64,000 nt of DNA, from positions 68,981 through 132,980 of the forward strand of contig DATKXK010000005.1 of NCBI GenBank assembly GCA_035529075.1, in the 5' to 3' direction. The position numbers and the translations under genes are program-made. Source of the stretch: Acidobacteriota bacterium (GTDB lineage Bacteria > Zixibacteria > MSB-5A5 > GN15 > FEB-12). Position 1 is the stretch's first letter; the number at the start of each line of letters is the position of its first letter. The notes beneath the pieces were generated by a model. The model did not search any database. It was given only the letters and a program-made list of their open reading frames with translations, and was not told the DNA's origin. Positions 9,527 through 18,080 of the stretch are shown in pieces.

Positions 9527-11269
9527 TTAGCGGAGCCATTTCGAGAAGGTGTCGGACTTGATACCTGTCTGAATCGCAAGTTTTTCGTCCAGGTTTGCCA
9601 GGAGTCCGGCCCAACCGTCGACCCCGATCCTCCGGGCCGAAAGCAGGATATACTCAGTCCCGTTCCCGTCGCGAAGCAGCTCGAAATCTCTGAGTGTCAT
9701 TTCGGACGCCTCCGTGCCCTCCCGGACATCGAACAACCACGTAATAAAGACACGCCAGCCTGACCGATCATCGTAACCGCTGGTTCCCACTCCCCGGTAA
9801 TCGGGAACGACCACGCTGAGCGGTATGAGCGCGCACCTGTCGGCATCCAGCCGGAGCGTGTCCGGAACCGCCCCCCGGTGATAGGCATACAGGAGGATCA
9901 ACGACGATTCGACGACCCGTTCCCTGCCAAAGCAATAGCGAAGATGCTGCATCTGTTTGTATTCGCACACGACCGTGCAATCATCGTCCGCGATGGCAGC
10001 CAACTGCGAGGCCGCCGCATACGAGGGTCCCCGAGATCGAGTCTGGGGGAGCACTGAGTAAGCGATGTTGATCACGAAGGCGATAAGCAATGCCCCGGCC
10101 GTGGCCGCAAGCAGCACCCTGCGCAGCCATGACCGACCGACGTGGCCGGACAGGTCCTTCAGAGTCATGGAGGTCAGCATCAGCAGAGGCGGCAGCGTCA
10201 TGACGAAAAACTCGCTCCTGCCGGGCAGCCACCACAGGAAGAAGAAGTAGTAGGACAGAAGCCAGGCTATCAGCGAAATCCGAAACCCCCGGTACGTGCG
10301 TACGCGCCAGACCCGGCCGACCGCATGTACCACCACTCCTGCAAGCAAAAGCCCGAAGACGGCAATCGCGGCGAGAACCGGCCATGAGGATCCGGGGGGA
10401 ACATACACGACACTTCGCAACTGGCTTTTCAACAACAGAGCGACTCCGGCGGGGCTGAAATGGGCCGTTGTTCCCCACGCGGGATTGGGATGATCGGTAT
10501 AGGCGAGGCAGAAACGGAAGAAGCCTTCGACCGTCGCCTGAGACGCGGCGCTTGTGTACGCCAGAACGTACACGATCAGGACGAGAACCCCTGACAGGCA
10601 CAACACCGCTGTCGTTTTCCCGATCTTCCGCGTGGCGTCGCCGTTCAGCAGGGCCGCGGCAAGGGGGAGGGCGAAGATCACGTTTGATTGGTGGTAGAGC
10701 ACGGCCAACGCATAGAGCACGGACAGTGACAGGAGCCTGGTGGCGGACCACCGTCGCCCGTATCCGCTCACGAGCAGAAGAGCGGCAAGAGACAGACAGG
10801 CCGTGGCGGGCACGTAGACCTCCGCCTGTGTCGAGCCGCTCCACACGCCGATGCTGGCAAAGAACACAATGGCAGCGGTTAGAGCACGAGCCCGGGAAGA
10901 AAGGATGACTCTGAGAGTATGATACAGTGCCACGATGGCCACGGCGGCCCAGAGAATGTTGTGCAACTGGCCGACAAAGACGGCGTCAAATGACAAGTTG
11001 AACTGCAGCGCCGTAAGGTAGAGGCCGCGTACCACCGGCGAGAAGAGAACGTGATGCGGGTGAAAAAGCGCTTTGCCGGTCCTGATCGCATAGGCATAGG
11101 ACAGATAATCCCCCGACTGCTGGGCAGAACGAAAAACCAGGTACAGGGCGCAGGTCAGCAGGACAAGCAGGCTGCTGATGCACCAATCGCTTCTGGCGGA
11201 ACTAAACCGTGGAATGAATCTCGTGAAACCCATGGTATGGCGGCCCGGCGTGGACGCCGGCATCCCCAA
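9527..11269 (-). CDS. Polytopic membrane protein with soluble C-terminal domain (possibly GT-C type glycosyltransferase)
   Basis: 580-aa ORF with about 12 hydrophobic segments over the first ~420 aa and a ~150-aa hydrophilic tail. The first loop (DYLSYAYAIRTGKALFHPHH) recalls ArnT/PMT-like enzymes but no diagnostic motif is verified. Start could be 11269 or the internal Met at 11233. Confidence 0.55.
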   Translation of the reverse strand: MGMPASTPGRHTMGFTRFIPRFSSARSDWCISSLLVLLTCALYLVFRSAQQSGDYLSYAYAIRTGKALFHPHHVLFSPVVRGLYLTALQFNLSFDAVFVGQLHNILWAAVAIVALYHTLRVILSSRARALTAAIVFFASIGVWSGSTQAEVYVPATACLSLAALLLVSGYGRRWSATRLLSLSVLYALAVLYHQSNVIFALPLAAALLNGDATRKIGKTTAVLCLSGVLVLIVYVLAYTSAASQATVEGFFRFCLAYTDHPNPAWGTTAHFSPAGVALLLKSQLRSVVYVPPGSSWPVLAAIAVFGLLLAGVVVHAVGRVWRVRTYRGFRISLIAWLLSYYFFFLWWLPGRSEFFVMTLPPLLMLTSMTLKDLSGHVGRSWLRRVLLAATAGALLIAFVINIAYSVLPQTRSRGPSYAAASQLAAIADDDCTVVCEYKQMQHLRYCFGRERVVESSLILLYAYHRGAVPDTLRLDADRCALIPLSVVVPDYRGVGTSGYDDRSGWRVFITWLFDVREGTEASEMTLRDFELLRDGNGTEYILLSARRIGVDGWAGLLANLDEKLAIQTGIKSDTFSKWLR

Positions 11270-11732
11270 ATGCTGCGGTCCGCAGTTTCGAACCCGGACC
11301 GTCGCCTATGTTTCTGGTTCTGCTGAACGTAATACCGGCTGTCAGGCGCCGCAACCGGTTTTGAGCGATATCCCGGGCCGGGCCGCGCTGATCGGCGGGG
11401 GACAAATCACAGGCCGCCTCTGCAATCGCTTCCGGCACAGGATCACGTTTCCGAGGTCTTTTGCGTTGCGCCCTGTCGATGAACCGCCACGGCGAAATGG
11501 GTGTCCGTATTCGTACGGTAGGTTTTCATGAGAGAATAGTTACACGAAATGGAGGCGGCGGTTTCAACATTGTCAGGGATTTCTGCGTCAGAGTATGGAA
11601 GAACTGATCCGGCGTGGACGGTATGGGCAACTTTTCGCCGACGTGTCCGTAAGGTAGAACGCGGCTTTGAACGGCGACCTGAGGTAGGACGTCGCCGTCA
11701 AGACCAGAACACTACATGAGGAAGCGGAAGTT

Positions 11733-14051
11733 ATGACATCAAGATTAACGCACCGTCACTGGCTGCCGGCGTGTCTGTTGATGCTGGCGGTCTGCCATTT
11801 TCTGTCACGGCCGGCCATGGCCGGCGATACGTTTACGCCGGTGTACCACCCGACCCTGGACGTGTCAAAGGCAGCCGGTGAGATCAAGATCGACGGCAAG
11901 CTCGGCGATCCCGGCTGGCGCAACGCCGCCCGGGCGGCCAATTTCGCGGAACACCGCCCCGGCGACCAGACCGAACCCCCGGTTCAGACGGTGGCGTACA
12001 TGACGTACGACGACGAGAACCTGTACGTCTCGTTCGTCTGCTATGATGATCCGAGGGCGGTCCGTGCGTCGTTGTCTGAAAGAGAACGAGTGGGCAACGA
12101 CGATAATATCTGTCTGTGCCTGGACACGTACGGTGACGCGGCCTGGGCATATACGCTGAACGTCAATCCTTACGGCGTGCAGGCCGATGCGCTCTGGTCA
12201 CCCGACAACGGGGAGGACGGTCGCTTCGACCTGGTCTGGGAATCGGCGGGCCTGATCACCGATTCCGGTTACCAGGTTGAGATGGCCGTGCCGTTTGCGT
12301 CTCTACGTTTTCCCAGCGTGGAGCAGCAGGTGTGGAGAGTTGATTTCTGGCGCAACCACCCCCGGGAAGCCAGCAGGGCATACTCGTGGGCGGCATATGA
12401 TCGCAATGAGGCCTGCTGGCCGTGCAAGTGGGGGACGGTTACGGGGATCGAGGGGGTACAGGCCGGCAGAGGAGTAGAGATAATGCCGTCGGCGATCGGC
12501 TACCAGTACGGCGCCCTTAACGGCGACGGTATCCCGGCGAAACCGTATGAGTTTGCTGACGACGACGCCAAGGGAGAAATGTCGCTCGGAGGCAAGTACG
12601 CCGTTTCGTCCGACGTAACCGTTGAGGCGACCTATAACCCGGATTTCAGCCAGGTCGAAGCCGATGCCGGTCAGATAAGCGTCAACACCACTTTTGCCCT
12701 GTTCTACCCCGAGAGAAGGCCGTTTTTCCAGGAGGGCAGTGACCTGTTTAGAACCGTCTTCAACTCGTTCTATACGCGCACGGTCAATGATCCGCAGTTT
12801 GCGGCCAAGGTGACTGCGCGCACCGGTCGCAGCGGGCTGGGCTATCTGATCGCACGGGATGAGAACAGCCCGATTACACTGCCTTTCGAGGAACGGAGTG
12901 TCTACCTCCTGACCGGTCGGAGCACGACGAGCGTGTTTCGACTCCGTCAGACAATCGGCAGCGGTTCTCAACTGGGATTGATAGCCACGGACAGGCGATT
13001 TGACGGCGGCGGTTCCGGTTCGGTCATCAGCCACGACGGTCTGCTGCGTTTTACACCGAGTCTCAGTCTCTCGTATCAGGCGGTACTCGCCCACACGAAG
13101 GAGGCCAATGACTCTACCATTGTTCCCTCCTGGCTCAGAAGTACTGTGTTCTGGGACGATCACACGGCGGATTTCGACGGCGAGTCGTACTGGGGTCATG
13201 GCGGCGTCGGCGTGCTGAGGTGGCAAACGCGGACCTGGAATGCCGCCGTCAACTACTGGGAGGTAAGTCCCACTTACCGCGCCGATAACGGATACGACCC
13301 CAAGAATAACCGGCGCGACCTCACGGTTACTACCGGGTACAGGTATCGTCCGGAAAGTGACCTGTTCGACATGGTGAACCCCTGGGTTGACGCAGGCACC
13401 GTCTGGAACTGGAACGGGAGGAAGAAGGACGAGTTCGTCGCGCTGAACCTGTTTACTCAACTGAGAGTGGCTCAGGCCTCTTCTTTCACTCAATACATAA
13501 GGCGCGCCGAGAACCTGGGCGGCATTCAGTTTGACAACATCTGGAATGTTCATCAGGAGGGCAATGTCAGGCTCGGCGATCAGCTGGCCATTGGTTTGGA
13601 TGGGGGCTACGGGCATACCATAGCGCGGAGATTCCGGAGGATGGGCAAGACAATCAACCTGGGCGTCCAGGCGGACATCAAGCCGTATGACCGGATCCTG
13701 GTTGAGCAGTGGGCGCAGTATGCTACCGCCGACGAGATGGATTCGGGCGTGGAACTTTATAGGCAGTTTATCTACCGCAACCGCTTCGGTTATCAATTAC
13801 TGCGCCAGCTCTCGCTCCGGCTGGTTGTCGAGTACGAGAACTACAGGGAACTGGGGTCTGATAAAAGTGATCGCTGGAGCGTGGATCCGCTGCTGACCTA
13901 CCGCATAAACCCGTTCTCAATCTTCTACATCGGGTCGACTTACAATTACGAGACGAGATCGGAAATGGATAGTTACGGAATCAGCACCGCGTCCAACAGG
14001 CTGACTTCAAGACAGTTCTTCATGAAGCTTCAGTACCTGTTCCAGATATAG
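11733..14051 (+). CDS. CBM9-like / DUF5916 family exported protein
   Basis: Signal peptide (LPACLLMLAVCHFLSRPAMA). N-terminal IDGKLGDPGWRNAA...VAYMTYDDENLYVSFVCYDD pattern typical of CBM9-like domains. A long beta-rich C-terminal part ends ...FFMKLQYLFQI. Confidence 0.65.
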   Translation: MTSRLTHRHWLPACLLMLAVCHFLSRPAMAGDTFTPVYHPTLDVSKAAGEIKIDGKLGDPGWRNAARAANFAEHRPGDQTEPPVQTVAYMTYDDENLYVSFVCYDDPRAVRASLSERERVGNDDNICLCLDTYGDAAWAYTLNVNPYGVQADALWSPDNGEDGRFDLVWESAGLITDSGYQVEMAVPFASLRFPSVEQQVWRVDFWRNHPREASRAYSWAAYDRNEACWPCKWGTVTGIEGVQAGRGVEIMPSAIGYQYGALNGDGIPAKPYEFADDDAKGEMSLGGKYAVSSDVTVEATYNPDFSQVEADAGQISVNTTFALFYPERRPFFQEGSDLFRTVFNSFYTRTVNDPQFAAKVTARTGRSGLGYLIARDENSPITLPFEERSVYLLTGRSTTSVFRLRQTIGSGSQLGLIATDRRFDGGGSGSVISHDGLLRFTPSLSLSYQAVLAHTKEANDSTIVPSWLRSTVFWDDHTADFDGESYWGHGGVGVLRWQTRTWNAAVNYWEVSPTYRADNGYDPKNNRRDLTVTTGYRYRPESDLFDMVNPWVDAGTVWNWNGRKKDEFVALNLFTQLRVAQASSFTQYIRRAENLGGIQFDNIWNVHQEGNVRLGDQLAIGLDGGYGHTIARRFRRMGKTINLGVQADIKPYDRILVEQWAQYATADEMDSGVELYRQFIYRNRFGYQLLRQLSLRLVVEYENYRELGSDKSDRWSVDPLLTYRINPFSIFYIGSTYNYETRSEMDSYGISTASNRLTSRQFFMKLQYLFQI

Positions 14052-14139
14052 CCGGGACCTGCTGCCGGGCGGCCGGTCGGAGACGCCGTCGACTCGGGCG
14101 GCGATCCGCGGTGCCACGGCAGAGATCAATATGCACAAA

Positions 14140-14163
14140 GGAGACTGAGATGCCTCAGTCTCC
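14140..14163 (-). terminator. Perfect 10-bp stem / 4-nt loop hairpin between convergent genes; probable terminator of the RRM gene
   Basis: ggagactgag-atgc-ctcagtctcc. On the minus strand it is followed by TTTGTGCATATT. It lies 50 nt after the rbp stop and 89 nt after the stop of 11733-14051. Confidence 0.55.
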
Positions 14164-14213
14164 TTCGCAATCAAGCGGCTGCCGTAATCGACAGCAGTGG
14201 ATGCGGATACTCT

Positions 14214-14519
14214 TTACCAGTTCCGACGGCGATTGCTGCCGTAACCACCGCCGCGACCGCCGCGGCTGCCTCCCTCGGTTCGTGGGCGCGCCTCATTGAT
14301 GTTCAGCGTGCGTCCATTCAGTTCCTGGCCGTTCAGGCCGTTCATCGCAGCGGTAGCCGCGCTCTGGTCGGACATCTCAACGAAGGCGAACCCTCTTGAC
14401 TCCCCGGTGTACTTGTCCTTGATAATGTTGACGCTCGAGATCTCTCCAAAGGCCTCAAACGCCTGGCGTAACTGCTCTTCTGTCGTGTCGAACGACAGGT
14501 TACCTACGTAGATGTTCAT
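14214..14519 (-). CDS. RRM-type RNA-binding protein with Gly/Arg-rich tail
   Basis: RNP2 IYVGNL and RNP1 RGFAFVEM; C-terminal SRGGRGGGYGSNRRRNW; 101 aa. Confidence 0.93.
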   Translation of the reverse strand: MNIYVGNLSFDTTEEQLRQAFEAFGEISSVNIIKDKYTGESRGFAFVEMSDQSAATAAMNGLNGQELNGRTLNINEARPRTEGGSRGGRGGGYGSNRRRNW

Positions 14520-14701
14520 TCTACACTCCGGTTTTGTTTATCCCTACCTGGAACATCATCCCGCAGGGATCGCGTTCGTCGAGATAAACCTGTTAATGCG
14601 CACTATTGCGCGGCGGTCCCGAGATTCAGCTTTTTGGGGAGATTTGACAGGAATAACAAAGCCTCTACAAAAGCAAATACGGAAACCAATTGTGAACACT
14701 T

Positions 14702-14730
14702 AATATATCGGCCTAAACGGCAAAAGTCCA
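14702..14730 (-). promoter_or_regulatory. Candidate sigma70-like promoter for the RRM gene (would give a ~175-nt leader)
   Basis: Minus strand reads TGGACT-17 nt-TATATT. Motif match only, and promoter consensus for this lineage is unknown. Confidence 0.25.
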
Positions 14731-14885
14731 CACTTCCTGTGAACCAATTTCCCCCCGGCCAAGTTCCGGCCTGCCTGCTTTTTCCGGCCCACCCGGCCGC
14801 TGCGCGCTGGTCCGGGATGGACCGGGCGGCCTGCCGATGGCGGGTTATAACGTTGCCCAGCAGTGAGTTATGGCGACCGCACCGT

Positions 14886-16748
14886 CTAGAAAAGGTTCGC
14901 CAGTTTAAGCTTCAAGTTCTTCTCCTGATCCTGCCGATCAACCACGAACGTATACCTGGTGCCCGGCTTCTCCATGAGCATCCGGCGGACAGCGATAAGG
15001 CCGTCAATGTACTCTGTATCGATCCCATTCACCGATTGCACGATATCCCCCTGGCGAAACCCGGCTTTGGCTGCCGGCGTCCCGTCCGCGACGAACAGGA
15101 CCTCCACGGCGCCGCCCTCGCCGCCGGTGAGCTGCATGCCGGAGCGGTCTTCGGGGAATTCCTGATTGAACTTGTCCCCTTTTTCCAGAATCACCCGCTC
15201 GTTGGCGTAATCGCAGTAGATGACGAAGTTTCTGAAGAGCGTGTTACCGAGGATGCCTATCTGGTCTTGCGTGGAGACCGTGTCGGTGCCGCCATAGGAG
15301 AAGTTGACTATCGGGTTGTCCACCGTGAAGCCGGCCAGCTCGATGCTCTTGCACCTCACGTTCTTGGTTCCGAAGGCGTTCGCGGCGCCACGTCCGATAA
15401 CCTCGACGCCCTTCATCTCCGTGAAACCGTTCCGAAGGGCGTAGGCTCCGTCAATAGATGTGATGGACGCCCCGAGATCAAACAGCCAGATGCCCGAGTG
15501 CATACCGTCCAAAGTGGCCTTGACCCTGAACAAGCCGTCTCTGACGTGCACGTCCAGCTCTTTACCGTCGCCGGCATAAACGAACGTTTCCGGGTCATAG
15601 AACGAAACCAGTTGGGAGGCGTAGTCTATCCCGGTCACGAATCGTGAAAGGAAATCGAAACCCAGAATACCGGCGACATCCATGCCGAGTGCGCGGGTAA
15701 GCTCGGTCAGGTCCACCACCGCGACGGTCTGCTCGTCGAACTCGACCCCCGGCAGGGAGAAGGGTGGCAGGGTGGTGAGTTTCAGGTCGACCGTCCCGCC
15801 GACCCCGCGGCCCTTGAGATCACCCTCCAACTGCAGCCCGAGTTCATCGGCAAAACGCTTGGTGACAACGGACACGGACGCACCGCTGTCAAGAATCCAT
15901 AACCTCACTTTGCAGCCGACCGTGACCGGAACGTACAAGTGGTTTCCCACGAACTGAAAGGGAATATTCTCAGCGCTGTTACCGGTGGCAAACCGGTAGT
16001 CCTTGCCACCTTCCGCCGGCGGCTCAAAAAGTGACGGATCGATCCGGGGGTTCGAGACGTACTTCGTGATGGTGACTTCCTGAGCCTGCCCGGTCTGGTG
16101 CGCGATTTCCCTGGTCCAGAACGCCACCATCAGGCCGTCAATCTCGCGATAGTCTTTGTAGAACACGTCACGGCTGTTCGTGCCCTCAATCGCCACGCTC
16201 TTCTTTAGAAGCAGGTTCTCCGTGTCTATGTGGCTGGTGTAAACGTCTTTGCTGATGCTGTTAGTCACCTTGATAACGTAGCAGTCTTTGTCCTCAACCT
16301 TCTCGACGCCCTCGAACGTCACCGTAAACACGTCGGAACGCGGATCGGCGTGCTCGTACGCGGCCATCCGCCGCTGCACCTCCCTGCGCTTGACGGTGGC
16401 CTCATCGGGATTGGTAATTTTCTGGAGTTTGCCGTTTGAATCCAGCACCCATTGGTACTCTCCGGCGTCGCCCTGGATCTGGGTGAATATCCCCAGATCA
16501 ACCTCGACCCGGGAGCGGTCCGGCAGCTGGGTCCACACTTTGAGTGTTCCCTCAAGGCCCGCCACGGATAAGGTACCTTCCATGTATTCAGTTTGTTCCG
16601 CCTTCAGGCGGTCGAGCCCTCCGTTGGCCTCGAAGTGACGGCCCAGAATCTCATACGGATCGGTAAGGTCGCCCTGTGCGAAGGCGGCCGTGCTGATCAG
16701 TGCCGCCAGCAGGCAGCCTGCAAGTACATGTCGCCGGTTTATCATCAT
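14886..16748 (-). CDS. Exported protein with LolA-like N-domain, two retropepsin-like aspartyl-protease lobes and a C-terminal PDZ domain
   Basis: Signal peptide MMINRRHVLAGCLLAALISTAAFA. LWILDSGASVSVV (DSG) and WLFDLGASITSI (DLG) lobes. PDZ-like GFRQGDIVQSVNGID. Confidence 0.7.
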   Translation of the reverse strand: MMINRRHVLAGCLLAALISTAAFAQGDLTDPYEILGRHFEANGGLDRLKAEQTEYMEGTLSVAGLEGTLKVWTQLPDRSRVEVDLGIFTQIQGDAGEYQWVLDSNGKLQKITNPDEATVKRREVQRRMAAYEHADPRSDVFTVTFEGVEKVEDKDCYVIKVTNSISKDVYTSHIDTENLLLKKSVAIEGTNSRDVFYKDYREIDGLMVAFWTREIAHQTGQAQEVTITKYVSNPRIDPSLFEPPAEGGKDYRFATGNSAENIPFQFVGNHLYVPVTVGCKVRLWILDSGASVSVVTKRFADELGLQLEGDLKGRGVGGTVDLKLTTLPPFSLPGVEFDEQTVAVVDLTELTRALGMDVAGILGFDFLSRFVTGIDYASQLVSFYDPETFVYAGDGKELDVHVRDGLFRVKATLDGMHSGIWLFDLGASITSIDGAYALRNGFTEMKGVEVIGRGAANAFGTKNVRCKSIELAGFTVDNPIVNFSYGGTDTVSTQDQIGILGNTLFRNFVIYCDYANERVILEKGDKFNQEFPEDRSGMQLTGGEGGAVEVLFVADGTPAAKAGFRQGDIVQSVNGIDTEYIDGLIAVRRMLMEKPGTRYTFVVDRQDQEKNLKLKLANLF

Positions 16749-16904
16749 GTTTCTCCTCTCGCTTCTCTGTATAGTTAACGAAGATCGTAGGCGCAGGTTG
16801 CGGTGTTCCTGTCCACCGGGAGCGTTGCTCCTGTCGTGCGGCCATGGCAGCGCAATTGCCGTGGAGACTTTCGCCGCCGTCGGTTACGGCCTTTCCCTGT
16901 GTGC

Positions 16905-17822
16905 TCAGCCCTGGCCGAGGCGCTCTCTGAGCCAGGCAACTTTTTCCGGCGGCCCGGCCAGCCTGCTGTGCCAGTCAGCGCCCAGGTGCTTCGAGGAGAC
17001 GACACATCGGGCAGTGACAACGTCCTGGATGCTGTCGAACGCCTCATCAGCGCCGTACTGCCGTTCAAAGAAGATCGGGTAATTATAGCGGTCGGGCAGT
17101 TCGAGCGTTTCCTCGCGACTGACGCTGTGCAAAACGGCGCCTACAAGCGCGGTCTGGTGCAGGAAGATCCTCTTGTCGCGGGATTCCCGGCACATTTTGA
17201 CCAGGGCCGGGTCCGTGTACAGCCGCTCGAAATCTGCGGGCCACCGGCGGAGAATCCCTCGCTCCGGCCTTACGACCAGTATCCCGGCCTGGAAGTAGGC
17301 CCGGATTTTCTGCTTGTCGGCGGGTGTCACCATGGCAAAGAGCATGTCGTCGCCAAGCGACAATACTTCGTAGATGCGACCCCAGAAATCGTCCGGGGGA
17401 GCCTCGAAAAGCGATCCCGACCGGTTGTGCATCACCGGCCGGTAGGCGAAGCTCACCGATTGAGCCAGGTCGAATTCCTTCGGTTCGGACAGTACGATCG
17501 TATCCTCATCCATCCAGACGAGGACCGCTGCTTGACCTGCCGCGTCAGTCTCTGCCCGGGCCGCCGCGTACACCTTGCCGGCATAGTAAAACCATCGGGC
17601 CTGCTCGGGCGTGTGGCTTGTGTGCACCTCGACGTCGAGGGATCGCAACTGATCGAACAATCCCGTATCCTCGAGGATCACATGGTCCGGGACGTACGAC
17701 CAAACCGGCGAGCCACGAAAGCGGCCCCCGAACTGCCGAAGGCTCTCGGCAAGACGGTACACCTGACGTAATTCATCAATCGATTCGGCGTAGGTCCCAA
17801 AGACTATATTACCGGCCGCCAT
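16905..17822 (-). CDS. Hypothetical protein (possible GT-A-like nucleotide-sugar transferase)
   Basis: 305-aa ORF with protein-like composition. The overlapping plus-strand ORF (16803-17771) is Arg/Pro-rich shadow. WMDEDT could be a DxD motif. No family recognised. Confidence 0.5.
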   Translation of the reverse strand: MAAGNIVFGTYAESIDELRQVYRLAESLRQFGGRFRGSPVWSYVPDHVILEDTGLFDQLRSLDVEVHTSHTPEQARWFYYAGKVYAAARAETDAAGQAAVLVWMDEDTIVLSEPKEFDLAQSVSFAYRPVMHNRSGSLFEAPPDDFWGRIYEVLSLGDDMLFAMVTPADKQKIRAYFQAGILVVRPERGILRRWPADFERLYTDPALVKMCRESRDKRIFLHQTALVGAVLHSVSREETLELPDRYNYPIFFERQYGADEAFDSIQDVVTARCVVSSKHLGADWHSRLAGPPEKVAWLRERLGQG

Positions 17823-17995
17823 TTCAGATCACCCTTCATGTGAATCGGCCGCCCTTACGCAGCCCGGTCGGGGTTTCGGCGAGCGCGACACGCCGTATAG
17901 CCCGAATATAGGTTCTTCCGGGGACAAAACCATCTTGTTTTGCAGGATTGTCTTCTGTGTGTCATGCTGGCTGAGCCGAACCGGGACCGGCAATG

Positions 17996-18022
17996 GAAAA
18001 GCCCGCCATGAACGACGGGCCT
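17996..18022 (-). terminator. Candidate intrinsic terminator of the repeat-lipoprotein gene
   Basis: Minus strand reads GGCCCG-tcgttcatgg-CGGGCT followed by TTTTCC, ~60 nt after the stop at 18081. Confidence 0.45.
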
Positions 18023-18080
18023 TCCAGCAAACTGACCAATATGACAGATCCTGTGCCGATCGTATCTCCGGCCTTGAGTA

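Noticed and set aside
11270-11310. tRNA-like string (gtttcgaacccgg) and a 7-bp hairpin cggtccg...cggaccg
   Set aside because: No acceptor stem, D-arm or anticodon arm can be built around it. It lies at the 5' edge of the 9527-11269 gene. No tRNA is called anywhere in the window.
12303-13796. 497-aa antisense ORF inside the DUF5916-like gene. Similar long antisense ORFs occur at 9981-10844, 16803-17771, 20134-21618, 23603-24448, 26395-27522, 31010-31882, 41273-42472 and 49917-50888.
   Set aside because: This is typical stop-poor antisense reading of GC-rich coding DNA. The products are Arg/Pro/Gly-rich with no motifs, while the opposite strand shows clear family signatures in every case.
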